Part shown: positions 8,333 to 18,460 of the stretch, piece after piece
How positions within the stretch are numbered: position 1 is the stretch's first letter
Layout: every line of letters begins with the position of its first letter
NCBI GenBank assembly: GCA_965652295.1
Contig: CBFGTS010000006.1
Span: 208,043 to 272,042 of the forward strand
Source of the DNA: an uncultured Haloferula sp.
GTDB taxonomy: Bacteria; Verrucomicrobiota; Verrucomicrobiia; Verrucomicrobiales; Akkermansiaceae
Direction: 5' to 3'
Length of the DNA stretch: 64,000 nucleotides
Notes under the pieces: model-generated
What the model was told of the DNA's origin: nothing
The model's database searches: none
Seen by the model: the letters and a program-made list of their open reading frames with translations, nothing else
Program-made: the position numbers and the translations under genes

Positions 8333-11300
8333 ATGATCCGCTCGCTGATTTTTCTGGCTGCCCTCGCCGCGATTGCCCCCGCCGCTCCCGATACCGTCGA
8401 CACCACCTTTGCCAGCACGGCCGGGCAGGTGTTCACGCCGAACCACTACGGCGGCGTCGCATCGTTGCTCGTCCAGCCCGATGGCAGGATTCTCTTCGGC
8501 TCCAACGAAATACCCGGCACGGTCGGCGGCAATCCGCTCCGGCTCCCGCTCATCCGCTTCAACCCGGACGGCTCGGTCGACAACACCTTCTTCGCCGACA
8601 ACGAACCGAACGGCTCCGACGGCGGCATCTACTACGACGGTCAGGGCTGGTCCGAGGTCCACTCCCTGGGCCTGCTTTCGGACGGAAAAATCGTCGCCGC
8701 CGGGGTCATGCAGGGCGTGCGCACCGGCACCGTTTCCTCGCCCGGGACTTTCCTCCAATCGAACTCCATCGTCCGCTTCAACGCCGACGGCACTATCGAC
8801 ACCTCCTTCCAAACCGCCGGCACCATCGGCTGGCCGACCGGCGGACTGAATTTCATCGATGAAGTCACCATCCAGCCGGACGACAAGATCATCGCCGTCG
8901 GAGGCTTCGGAGGCTTCCGGGATTCGCTCGCGCTACCATCGGTAGCGCGCCACGGCATCGCCCGGCTGAATGTGGATGGCTCGCTCGACACGTCCTTCCA
9001 GATCAACCCGTCCGAATTCGGCGTGCCGACAGGAGCGTCCCTCGTCCGCGGCTGGTTCCAACAAGCGTCGCTCGATGCCTCGGGGCGGGTTCTGGTGGTC
9101 GGAGGTTTCGAATGGGGTCCCTCCTTTCCTCCGGCCGGCAGTGTCGAAGTTCTCGCCCGCCTGAACCCGGACGGCTCCCGCGACACCTCGTTCTCACCCG
9201 TACTTCCCGCCGATCTCGCCGGGTTCCGCAACGTCGTCGTGGAGCCCTCCGGCCGCATCACCGTGGTCGCCAGCCGGACCAATGATCAAACCTGGATGGG
9301 CCGCTTCCTGCCAGACGGCACACCGGATGCCACCTTCGTTCTCGATCCCTCGCTGACCACCTTTTCCGCCCGCCCGCTGCGCGTCGACGCCGCAGGCCGC
9401 TACCTCGTTGCCACCCGCAGCGCCAGCGGTGCCTACGACCGCCTCGTCCGCATTCTTCCCGATGGCTCGCTCGACACCGCCTTCGAAGCCCTCGCAACCT
9501 ACGTCAACGGCCCCTCCGGCAGTGGTCCAGGCTACTTCGGCACCTTCGACACCGCCCCCTCGGGGAAAATCTACTCCGGCTCGTTCTTCGACCGGGTGAA
9601 TGGCGAGGAAACCGTCAAGCTCGTCGCCTTCGAAGGCGACTACTCGCCCTCGGCCACCGGCCAGATCCGACTCGCCGCCACGGCGGTCTCCGCCGCCGAG
9701 CAAGACGGCATGATCCGTGTCGCCGTCACCCGCGACGGTGGCGTCGCCGGGATCGCGACGGTCCAGTTCGCCACCTCACCCGGCACGGCAAACAGCACCG
9801 ATTTCACCCTCACCGCCGGCACCCTCACCTGGCCCGCCGGCACCGGCGGCAGCCAGTTCATCGAGATCCCCATCACCCAGGACTCCATCGCCGAAGGCAG
9901 CGAGCCCTTCACCCTGGTCCTCAGCAACGCCACCGGAGCCACCATTTCCGGGGCTAGCGTGGCCACCGCGACCATCATCGATTCGAACTCACCGCCGATC
10001 ATTACCCGCCAGCCCCAGACGCTCTTCGTCCCGCCCGGCTCACCCTTCACCCTGAATGTCGGCGTCGTCTCCGGTGCCGGACCGGTCACCTATCAGTGGT
10101 TCAAAAACGGCAATCTCCTGTCCGGTGCCACCGCCCCGGTTTATTCCATCCCCTCGGCCGATGCCGCCGCGCACAACGGCAACTACACCGTCACCGTCAC
10201 CAACCCCAATGGTTCCACCCCCTCCGCGGCCGCCGGGGTCACGGTGAAAAACCCGGCCATCCTCGGCTTCACCAGCCCCACCGCCACGGCGGTCGAAAAT
10301 GATGGCACGCTTACCCTCACGCTCCAGCGCGCCGGCTCGAATGTCGGTGCGGTTTCCGTGGATGTCTCGCTGGTCGATGGCACCGCCACCAGCCCGGCCG
10401 ATTTCACCGCAGCCACCACCACCGTTTCCTGGGCCGATGGCGATACCGCCGACAAGACCATCGCCATCACCCTCACCAACGACGCCGCCGCCGAGTCTCC
10501 CGAAACCTTCCAGGTCATCCTCGAAAACCTCTCGCTCGACGCCATCTTCGGCGGTGCCACCACCGTCGTCACGCTGCTCGACGATGACTCCGGCCCCGCC
10601 ATCACCACCCCGCTGGCCTCGATGCGAGCCGTTACCGGTTGGAATGCCGCGTTTTCCGTAGGCGTCCAGTCGCAGACCACTGTCAGCTACGAGTGGTTCA
10701 AGGACGGCGAGTCCCTGCCCGGGGAAACGGGGGCCACGCTCAGCTTCGAGCCCGTTACCCTGGCCGACTTCGGCTACTACTCCGTCGAAGCCACCAACAC
10801 CGCCGGCACCGTCACCTCCGGTCCGGTCGAACTCGGCGCTCGACCGAACCCGCTCGACCGCGTCGCGCTGGATCTCAGCGTTTCCTCGAACCAGTTCTCC
10901 GGAATCTCCGCCCGGCCCGCCGGCGGCTATCTGATCTACGGTGCCTTCACTTCCGTCCCCACCTCCGGCGGCACCGTGAGCATCTCCCGCGTCATGCGCA
11001 CGCATCCGGACGGCTCGCTCGACACCACCTTCAGTCCGGCCCCCAACTCCACCGTCACCCACGCGCTTGAGCTGTCCGATGGTTCCACTATCCTCGGCGG
11101 CGGCTTCAGCCAGATCGGCGTCGTGTCCGTCTCCGGCCCTCTGGTCAAACTCCTGCCCGACGGCTCGGTCGATCCGGACTTCTCCTCGAACCTCCCCGCC
11201 GGCATCGGCTCCCTCCGTGATCTGGAGATCGGACCCGACGGGAGAATCTACGTCACCCACGCCGACGGCATCGATCGCCTCAACCTCGACGGCACCTACG

Positions 11301-14300
11301 ACGCCGCCTTCCGCGCCAACGTCATCGCCCCCTTCGAGCCCTTCGCCACCTACAACAACCTTGAGTTCGGACCGGGCGGAGAATTCTACCTCGCCGGCCG
11401 CGTCCAGCTTCCCGGCGTGGGCTATCGCAACCTCGTCAAACTCAACTCCAACGGCACCCTCGACCCCACCTGGAAGTTCACCTACGGCAACTCCACCTTC
11501 TCCAACATCGGCATCCAGCCGGATGGAAAACTCATCGTTCCCGGAAGCTCCAGCTCCACGGTCATCCGACTGCTGCCGGACGGCTCCACGGACGCCGGTT
11601 TCACCCCCATCACCGGCGTCTGGAGCCAGACCTTCGGCGTCGCCGCCGATGGCTCGGTTTACATCGCCAGCGGCAACAACTCCAATGCCAAGCTCCGCCA
11701 CTTCCTCCCGGACGGAACCCTCGACAGCGCTTTCAACGGCGGCATCGATCCCGCCGCGAACAACACCATCAGCTCCATCACGCCCCTGCCCGATGGCTCG
11801 ATCGCCATCCACGGTTCTTTCACTACCTTCAACGGCGCTTCCGCCGACCGGCCCTACCTGCTGACCGCCCAGAAGCAAGGCATCATCATCACCAGCCAGC
11901 CGCTGTCGCAAGCCGTCGATCCCGGTGACGACGTCTCGCTCCAGGTCGTCGCGACCTCCGTCACGCCGCTCACCTACCAGTGGTCCAAGAACGGCTCGCC
12001 GCTCCCCGGCGAAACGCTGCCGACCCTCCAGCTCGATGCCGTCGATACCTCCGACACCGCCGGCTACTCCGTCAAAGTCACGGCCGGCCCCCTTTCGGCC
12101 ACCTCGGAAACCGCCTCGCTCACCGTCCGGGACGAACCCGTCGTGCTCGCCACGCCCGACGACCTCACGCTGCTTCTCGGCAACCCGCTGGAACTCACCA
12201 TCGATTGGGTCGGCCTGACTCCGGCCACCTTCGAGTGGTTCCGCAACGGCTCGCCGGTCGGCGGCCAGGACACCGCCACCCTTTCCATCCCCTCGCCCAC
12301 CGCGGGCGACTCCGGCCTCTACACACTGCGCATCACCAACTCGCTCGGCCACACCACCAGCCACCCCGTGGTCGTCAACATCGTCCCCGACCCCGCCGCC
12401 ATCGCCGCAGGCTACGTCCCCGCCACCGCCGGCAGCCCACAGGTCTCTGGCATCACTCCCGCGCCGGACGGTGCCTATGTCCACCACGAGTTTTCCACCA
12501 TCACCCACCCCTCCGGAACCTATAACTCCGTCCTCGAACGCATCGACCTGAACGGCAACATCGCCGAGCCCTTCGCCTCCACGCCCAACACCAACCTCAA
12601 CAGGGTTTACCGTGATGCATCGACCGGCGACCTCTACCTCTACGGCCAGAGTCTGTTCCTCGATGGCATCCCCAGCCTCAGCCTCGCCCGCATCGCCGCC
12701 GACGGCACGGTCGACACCGCCTTCACCGCCGCCGCCACCGCCGCGCTGAACAGCATCGGCGTGAATCCCTTCGGCGTCGGCCTCGATGCCGACGGACGCG
12801 TCCTCGTCGGCGGCATCACCCACCTCGTCCGTCTCAACTCCGACGGCACCCTGCACGCCAACCTCAGCTCCGCCGTCAGCGATCTCTCCTTCATTCATCA
12901 AATGGAGATCGTCGAGGACGGGAAGATCCTCCTCGTCGCCAACCAAGGCATGCGCCGGGTGCTTCCCGATGGCACCATCGACCCCACCTTTACCATGCCG
13001 GCGCTCGGGGTCGGCGCCTCGTTCAGCCAATTCGAACTCGAACCGAACGGCAACATCATCCTGCCCTTCGGCGGCTTCACCGGGCAGGCGATCTTCCGCC
13101 TTTCGCCCGAGGGCTCCCTGCTCGAAACCCTCGACTTCCCCTATTCCACCTACGGCACTCTCCACCAGTTGAAGGTCACCCCGTCCGGCAAGTTCCTCAT
13201 CGCGCACAGTACCGGCACAAAGCTCACCCGCCTCAACCCCGACGGCACGCCCGACCCACAATTTTCCCTCACCACCGGCTTCGGCAACAGCCTCAGCACC
13301 ATCGCCCTCGGCCCCGATGGCAGCTACTGGGCCGGCGGCTCCTTCACCACCTTCGAGGGCGCGAACGTCCGTGGCCTCGTCCGCCTGAATGGCGAGCCAC
13401 TTGACGTCGTCATCTCCACCCAGCCCACCCCGCAGATCACCGACGCCGGGGAAACCGCCGCGTTCTCCGTCTCCGCCACCGCCTCCGGTGGGGCCACCCT
13501 TTCCTACCTCTGGCGCAGGGACGGCGTCCCGCTCGAAAACGGCGGCAAGATCTCCGGTGCCACCACCGCCACGCTCACGATCACCGATAGCCAGGACGCC
13601 GATGAAGGCAGCTACGACGTCATCGTCACCAACACCGTCACCGGCCGCCCTTACCTGTCCAACCCCGTCAACCTCACCGTCCTCCGCGAGCCCGAGTTCC
13701 TCGTCACCCCCGCCGCGCAGAACCTCGAAGTCGGCGATTCCCTGACCCTTTCCATCGAAGCCCGCGGTGCCGGCACCCTCGGCTACCAGTGGCTCCGCAA
13801 TGGCGATCCCATCTTCGGGGAAAACGCCGCCACCCTCACCATCTCGCCGGCCAAGGAGCAGGACAGCGGCACCTACACCGTGGAAATCAGCAACGCCTAC
13901 GGCACCTTCAGCTCCATCGACATCCCCGTCGTCGTCACGCTTCCCGCCGGAGGCATCCGCTACACCACGCCGCAGCTCACCTTCGGCAGCACCGTCGCCG
14001 CCGTCCTCCCGCTGCCCGACGGCCGCACCCTCGTCGGCGGCTATTTCACCAACGTCATCGCCAACTCCACCAACCACAACATCAGTGAACTCGCCCTGCT
14101 CGACGTGGACGGCAACCTCGTCACCACCTTCGATCTGAATCCGAGCAGCAGCGTCGATGCCCTCGCCCTCATGCCCGATGGCGGCGTCCTCGTCGGCGGC
14201 AACTTCACCTTCATCGGCGGCGTCTCCCGCAACCGCATCGCCCGCCTGAATCCCGACCTCACGCTCGACACCGACTGGACCGCCGACGCCGGAGCCAACA

Positions 14301-17059
14301 ACCGCATCAACGTCATCGAGCCCGCCCCCACCGGCTACTATGTCGGGGGTAGTTTCACCTCCTTCAATGGCGACACCCTCCTCGCCCACCTCTGCCGCAT
14401 CCTCCCCGACGGTTCGCCCGATCCCGGGTTCCTCCCCCATGCCCCCCTCGGCATCATTTACGACCTCCAGCGCGATGGCGACGGCGTCCTCGCCGGCGGA
14501 AACATGACCGTCGCCAACGCCGACACCGCCAACAACCAGATCGGCATCGTCCGCCTCCATGGCGATGGCTCCCACGACACCGGCTTCGTCTCCACAATGG
14601 CCTTCGGCACCACCGTCTACAGCATCGCCGCCCTGCCGGATGGCAAATGGCTCGCCGGCGGCACCTCGGGCCGCCTCCAGCGCTTCCTGCCGGACGGCAC
14701 TACCGATTCCACCTGGCTCGCCTCCGCCAACCAGACGATCCGCTCCATCGCCGTCCAACCCGATGGCCTCATCGTGATCGGCGGCAATTTCACCACCCTC
14801 GCCGGCACCTCCGTCAACCGCATCGGCCGCCTCTTCCCCAACGGCTCGCCCGATGCCTCCTTCGCTCAGGGCGCGGGAGCCGATGGCGAGATCAACGTCA
14901 TCGCCCGGGACGCGCTCGGCGGTCTTCACATCGGCGGCAGCTTCAACAACTACCGCTCCCAGCAACGCGGCCGCTACGCCCGCCTCAACGGCACCCCCGT
15001 TTCCATCGGCATTGCCATCCAACCCGTCGCCCAGATCGTCAACCCCGGCGACACCGCACAGTTCAGCATCACCGCCGTCGCCACCGAGACCATCAGCTAC
15101 CAATGGCGGAAAAATGGCACCCCCCTCAGCAACGGCGGCGATTTCTCCGGCGTGACGACCGCCACCCTCACCATCGCCAACGTCGAGGACACCGACGAGG
15201 CCGGCTACGACGTCGTCGTCACCCACAACGGCGACGCCACCGCCATCACCTCCGCCTCCGCCGAACTCGTCGTCCTCGGCGCGCCCGAGATCCTCACCCC
15301 GCCCGCCGCCGTCACCACCGAGGCCGGACTTTCCGCCACCTTCCGCGTCAATGCCCGCGGCGTCGCCCCCCTCACCTACCAATGGTATCGCGGAAACACC
15401 CTGCTCAGCGATGAGACCGGCATCGCCGGTACATCTACGGCGGAACTCGTACTTTCCGGCCTCGCCGTTGCCGACAGCGGCGACATCAAGGTCCGCGTCA
15501 CCAACCCGCTGGGCTTCGACGAAAGCAGCCCCGTCGCCCTGCTCGTCGAGAAGCTCCCCGCCGCCCGCGATCGCTCGATCGTCCTCCCCGTCAACGTGAA
15601 CACCACCATCAACGACGTGATCCCCTTCGCCGACGGCAGCTACCTCATCGGTGGCAACTTCACCTCCGTCTCCCACACCACCGGCAGCGCCAGCCGCCGC
15701 TACCTCGCCAGGTTCCATGCCGATGGCTCGCTCGATTCCGACATCCCCCAGATCAGCGGCAGTGGCACGGTCGAGATCCTCGCCCTCGCTCCCGATGGCA
15801 AGATCTACATCGGCGGCGGCTTCACCACCCTCAGCACCCCGGGAGGAAACATCAGCCGCACCCGCATCGCGCGACTCAACTCCGACCTCTCGCTCGACAC
15901 CACCTTCGCCGTCGAAGGCACCGGCCCGAACTCCGCGGTGAAATGCATCCTCCCCCTCGCCAACGGCAAGGTCCTCATCGGCGGGCAGTTCAATAACATC
16001 AACTCCCTCGCCGGCACCGGCTACCTCGCCCTGCTCAACTCCGACGGCAGCGTCGACACCGGCTTCACTTCCCTGGCCACCACCACCGTCAACGACATCG
16101 CCCCCGCCGGCGACGGCACCTACTGGCTCAGCCATTCCAACAGCTACGGCGGCCAGATGCGCATCGTCCGCATCGACGCCACCGGCGCCGTCGCCTCCGG
16201 CTTCTCCTATACCAGCAACATCAGCTCGGACCGCGTCAGCCCGCAGCCCGATGGCACCGTCCTCTCCATCGCCAGCTACGCCGTCCAGAAACTCGAAGCC
16301 TCCGGCACCATCGTCAACGGCTGGGGCGGCGGCGGCACCTATCTCGGCGTTTCCAATCCCAGCGCCATCACCACCCACACCGACGGCACCATCTATCTCG
16401 GCGGCAATTTCACCGGCATCAACAGCGTCACCCGCAACCGCCTCGCCGCGCTCGATAGCGATGGCTCCATCATTGATGCCTTCGACCCCGGCGATGGCCC
16501 CAACGGCCCCACCAGCCGCATCCGCATCGATGCCGCCGGCCGCGTCTGGGTCGTCGGATCCTTCACCACCTACCGCGGCGAAAGCGTGCCCTACATGGTC
16601 GTCCTCAACGGCCTCGGCGATGGCACCAGCGATCCCTTCAACACCTTCGTCGCCACCCTGCCGCCCGGCGAGCAGGGCGAAAACGACGACCCCGACGGCG
16701 ATGGCTTCCCCAACCTGATCGAGTTCCTCTTCGGCACCGACCCCGGCAACGGCGGCACCACCCCCACCCCCGTCTCCACGGGCAGTGCCCAGACCGGAGC
16801 CGCCCTCAATGCCACCTACAGCCTCAGCCTTGATCCGGGGAAAACCTACCGCCTCGTCGAAATCGAGATCCCCACCGATCTCATGGGCCTCGATGTCGAC
16901 CTCGAAGCCAGCCAGGACCTCGGTTTCAGCGGCGATGCCACCGCCACCGAAATCGGTGTTCCCACCGACAACGGCAGCACCGAAACCCGCCGCTACGTCA
17001 TCACACCCGCCCTCGAGGACGCCCCCGCAATGTTCTGGCGCCTCACCGCCACGAGGTGA
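8333..17059 (+). CDS. 2908-aa secreted surface protein: five delta-60-type repeat (beta-propeller) blocks, 2 Calx-beta and 8 Ig-like domains, C-terminal putative sorting domain
   Basis: Signal peptide; many QPDGKI..GG / RLNxDGSLDTxF repeats; ITxQP...YQWxKNG...Y Ig units; Calx-beta GTA...DF....GTLTW; DPDGDGFPNLIEFLFGTDP followed by a terminal FWRL. Confidence 0.88.
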   Translation: MIRSLIFLAALAAIAPAAPDTVDTTFASTAGQVFTPNHYGGVASLLVQPDGRILFGSNEIPGTVGGNPLRLPLIRFNPDGSVDNTFFADNEPNGSDGGIYYDGQGWSEVHSLGLLSDGKIVAAGVMQGVRTGTVSSPGTFLQSNSIVRFNADGTIDTSFQTAGTIGWPTGGLNFIDEVTIQPDDKIIAVGGFGGFRDSLALPSVARHGIARLNVDGSLDTSFQINPSEFGVPTGASLVRGWFQQASLDASGRVLVVGGFEWGPSFPPAGSVEVLARLNPDGSRDTSFSPVLPADLAGFRNVVVEPSGRITVVASRTNDQTWMGRFLPDGTPDATFVLDPSLTTFSARPLRVDAAGRYLVATRSASGAYDRLVRILPDGSLDTAFEALATYVNGPSGSGPGYFGTFDTAPSGKIYSGSFFDRVNGEETVKLVAFEGDYSPSATGQIRLAATAVSAAEQDGMIRVAVTRDGGVAGIATVQFATSPGTANSTDFTLTAGTLTWPAGTGGSQFIEIPITQDSIAEGSEPFTLVLSNATGATISGASVATATIIDSNSPPIITRQPQTLFVPPGSPFTLNVGVVSGAGPVTYQWFKNGNLLSGATAPVYSIPSADAAAHNGNYTVTVTNPNGSTPSAAAGVTVKNPAILGFTSPTATAVENDGTLTLTLQRAGSNVGAVSVDVSLVDGTATSPADFTAATTTVSWADGDTADKTIAITLTNDAAAESPETFQVILENLSLDAIFGGATTVVTLLDDDSGPAITTPLASMRAVTGWNAAFSVGVQSQTTVSYEWFKDGESLPGETGATLSFEPVTLADFGYYSVEATNTAGTVTSGPVELGARPNPLDRVALDLSVSSNQFSGISARPAGGYLIYGAFTSVPTSGGTVSISRVMRTHPDGSLDTTFSPAPNSTVTHALELSDGSTILGGGFSQIGVVSVSGPLVKLLPDGSVDPDFSSNLPAGIGSLRDLEIGPDGRIYVTHADGIDRLNLDGTYDAAFRANVIAPFEPFATYNNLEFGPGGEFYLAGRVQLPGVGYRNLVKLNSNGTLDPTWKFTYGNSTFSNIGIQPDGKLIVPGSSSSTVIRLLPDGSTDAGFTPITGVWSQTFGVAADGSVYIASGNNSNAKLRHFLPDGTLDSAFNGGIDPAANNTISSITPLPDGSIAIHGSFTTFNGASADRPYLLTAQKQGIIITSQPLSQAVDPGDDVSLQVVATSVTPLTYQWSKNGSPLPGETLPTLQLDAVDTSDTAGYSVKVTAGPLSATSETASLTVRDEPVVLATPDDLTLLLGNPLELTIDWVGLTPATFEWFRNGSPVGGQDTATLSIPSPTAGDSGLYTLRITNSLGHTTSHPVVVNIVPDPAAIAAGYVPATAGSPQVSGITPAPDGAYVHHEFSTITHPSGTYNSVLERIDLNGNIAEPFASTPNTNLNRVYRDASTGDLYLYGQSLFLDGIPSLSLARIAADGTVDTAFTAAATAALNSIGVNPFGVGLDADGRVLVGGITHLVRLNSDGTLHANLSSAVSDLSFIHQMEIVEDGKILLVANQGMRRVLPDGTIDPTFTMPALGVGASFSQFELEPNGNIILPFGGFTGQAIFRLSPEGSLLETLDFPYSTYGTLHQLKVTPSGKFLIAHSTGTKLTRLNPDGTPDPQFSLTTGFGNSLSTIALGPDGSYWAGGSFTTFEGANVRGLVRLNGEPLDVVISTQPTPQITDAGETAAFSVSATASGGATLSYLWRRDGVPLENGGKISGATTATLTITDSQDADEGSYDVIVTNTVTGRPYLSNPVNLTVLREPEFLVTPAAQNLEVGDSLTLSIEARGAGTLGYQWLRNGDPIFGENAATLTISPAKEQDSGTYTVEISNAYGTFSSIDIPVVVTLPAGGIRYTTPQLTFGSTVAAVLPLPDGRTLVGGYFTNVIANSTNHNISELALLDVDGNLVTTFDLNPSSSVDALALMPDGGVLVGGNFTFIGGVSRNRIARLNPDLTLDTDWTADAGANNRINVIEPAPTGYYVGGSFTSFNGDTLLAHLCRILPDGSPDPGFLPHAPLGIIYDLQRDGDGVLAGGNMTVANADTANNQIGIVRLHGDGSHDTGFVSTMAFGTTVYSIAALPDGKWLAGGTSGRLQRFLPDGTTDSTWLASANQTIRSIAVQPDGLIVIGGNFTTLAGTSVNRIGRLFPNGSPDASFAQGAGADGEINVIARDALGGLHIGGSFNNYRSQQRGRYARLNGTPVSIGIAIQPVAQIVNPGDTAQFSITAVATETISYQWRKNGTPLSNGGDFSGVTTATLTIANVEDTDEAGYDVVVTHNGDATAITSASAELVVLGAPEILTPPAAVTTEAGLSATFRVNARGVAPLTYQWYRGNTLLSDETGIAGTSTAELVLSGLAVADSGDIKVRVTNPLGFDESSPVALLVEKLPAARDRSIVLPVNVNTTINDVIPFADGSYLIGGNFTSVSHTTGSASRRYLARFHADGSLDSDIPQISGSGTVEILALAPDGKIYIGGGFTTLSTPGGNISRTRIARLNSDLSLDTTFAVEGTGPNSAVKCILPLANGKVLIGGQFNNINSLAGTGYLALLNSDGSVDTGFTSLATTTVNDIAPAGDGTYWLSHSNSYGGQMRIVRIDATGAVASGFSYTSNISSDRVSPQPDGTVLSIASYAVQKLEASGTIVNGWGGGGTYLGVSNPSAITTHTDGTIYLGGNFTGINSVTRNRLAALDSDGSIIDAFDPGDGPNGPTSRIRIDAAGRVWVVGSFTTYRGESVPYMVVLNGLGDGTSDPFNTFVATLPPGEQGENDDPDGDGFPNLIEFLFGTDPGNGGTTPTPVSTGSAQTGAALNATYSLSLDPGKTYRLVEIEIPTDLMGLDVDLEASQDLGFSGDATATEIGVPTDNGSTETRRYVITPALEDAPAMFWRLTATR

Positions 17060-17062
17060 GGA

Positions 17063-17083
17063 ATTTCAGATTTCAGATTTCCG
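17063..17083. repeat. Short heptamer tandem repeat (ATTTCAG)x2 plus ATTTCCG
   Basis: Directly visible just after the giant gene's stop codon. Confidence 0.5.
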
Positions 17084-17149
17084 ATTGAAGAACGCCAAGC
17101 GCCAGGCCCGCCCCCATGAATTGGACCGCGAGCTTCAGCTCGCTCTTCC

Positions 17150-17382
17150 TCAACTCACCTCCCGGCTGCCCTCGGTTTGAACTACCGGGGAATCCTCGGT
17201 AGTTGCCTCCCGGCTCAGCTCACCCTCCTCAAAGAGGATCTTGAGGTGGAGCCCCACGTTGTCCGTGCTCACATTAAAAGCTGGGCCATTTCCCGCTGGG
17301 TCAACCAGACCGTCTGATCCTTCGCCCGCAGCTGGATCTGACTCCGGCCGTCTTCCGTGGTGTAGAGAATCAAGTCGCTCAT
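17150..17382 (-). pseudogene. Frameshifted, truncated RhuM-family (virulence protein-like) N-terminal fragment
   Basis: MSDLILYTTEDGRSQIQLRAKDQTVWLTQREMAQL continues in another frame as FNVSTDNVGLHLKILFEEGELSREATTEDSPVVQTEGSREVS*. The shift lies in a T-run near 17277. Confidence 0.75.
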
Positions 17383-17489
17383 GAGGCAGAAGGAGATGGG
17401 ACAGGCATACGAACGAGCGCCGGATGGACAAGATGAAGGCGCGAAAACGACCGACGCACACCTATCGGGCAGCCGTTTCCGTGTCCCCC

Positions 17490-17594
17490 TCACACCCCCG
17501 GCTCGCGCGTCACGGTGGCCAGCACGCCGATGCCCAGGACGACCAGCCACAACGCGTAGGGGTCGAAGAAGGACAGGGCTTCCGAAATTTCCAT
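17490..17594 (-). pseudogene. 34-codon membrane-protein N-terminal remnant (MEISEALSFFDPYALWLVVLGIGVLATVTREPGV)
   Basis: Read by hand. One TM helix ending abruptly; resembles the start of a transporter. Confidence 0.3.
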
Positions 17595-17643
17595 CGTCCA
17601 CTCTGGCCCGGTTCCGCGATCCGGCAAATCGCAGGAAACGCGC

Positions 17644-17677
17644 GGCAAGCGAGCGTCCATCGTTGGCAAGCCAGCGT
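17644..17677 (+). promoter_or_regulatory. Tandem direct repeat with 21-bp period (GCAAGCGAGCG / GCAAGCCAGCG), candidate AraC-family site
   Basis: The same motif and spacing recur at 18388-18419 and 41378-41409. Confidence 0.6.
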
Positions 17678-17755
17678 TAGCTGAAACGGGCGCGGCCGGC
17701 GCATCGTCCTGCCGTCACCCCGCCATCCCGGCGACGGTGCGAACCCCGACCTACC

Positions 17756-18385
17756 ATGAAATACCTCATCGCCCTCGTCTCCCTCATCGGCGTCTCCCAC
17801 GCCGCCGTCCTGCTGGAAAACATCAACCTCCAGAGCACCCAGCAAACCACCACCGTCTGGACCGACCTCACCAGCGCCAACCCCACGCAGACGCCGGACA
17901 GCGGCGACGGCACCATGGCGGTCTCCGGTGCCTTCGGTGCCTCCGCCGGACTCTACAGCTTCTCCGGCGACTACAGCGCCACCATCGCCCAGTCGGTCGC
18001 CTTCGATATCGAATCGATGGTCCTGCAAATCGAAGCCTCACCCAACGGCGAATTCCCCTACTCCGGCGGCCCTCTTCTCACCCTGACCACCACCTCCGGC
18101 ACCGAAATCCTCGCCGCCACCAACTACGGTCCCGGCGCGTCCGAAGTCCGCTCCGGCGGCATGGGTCCCGCCACCTACACCGCTTACGCCTGGCAGTGGG
18201 ACCTCTCCGGCTATGGCGACACCATCACCTCGGTGAGCGTCGAAACGCCTTTCGCCGTCCACACCTCGGTCACCGCCGCCCGCATCGACGTGGGCGATTC
18301 CTTCAGCCCGGTCGTCGTGCCCGAGCCCTCCGCCACGCTGCTTTCGCTCGCGGGCCTCGGCTTCGCGCTGCGCCGCCGCCGCTGA
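17756..18385 (+). CDS. PEP-CTERM surface protein
   Basis: Signal peptide; C-terminal VPEPS + TM helix + RRRR. Confidence 0.9.
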   Translation: MKYLIALVSLIGVSHAAVLLENINLQSTQQTTTVWTDLTSANPTQTPDSGDGTMAVSGAFGASAGLYSFSGDYSATIAQSVAFDIESMVLQIEASPNGEFPYSGGPLLTLTTTSGTEILAATNYGPGASEVRSGGMGPATYTAYAWQWDLSGYGDTITSVSVETPFAVHTSVTAARIDVGDSFSPVVVPEPSATLLSLAGLGFALRRRR

Positions 18386-18387
18386 GC

Positions 18388-18419
18388 GCAATCCACCGCT
18401 CACAACACGCAACCGACCA
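18388..18419 (+). promoter_or_regulatory. Tandem direct repeat with 21-bp period (GCAATCCACCG / GCAACCGACCA), candidate AraC-family site
   Basis: In the intergenic gap upstream of 18461; matches the motif at 17644 and 41378. Confidence 0.55.
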
Positions 18420-18460
18420 CTAGCCCGCCGGGCACCGCGCCCGGCAGGCTCCGCGCTCTC

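Noticed and set aside
10040..16378. 2112-aa minus-strand ORF
   Set aside because: Antisense shadow of the 2908-aa gene. It is G/V/D/A-rich, has no motifs, and is expected from strong codon bias.
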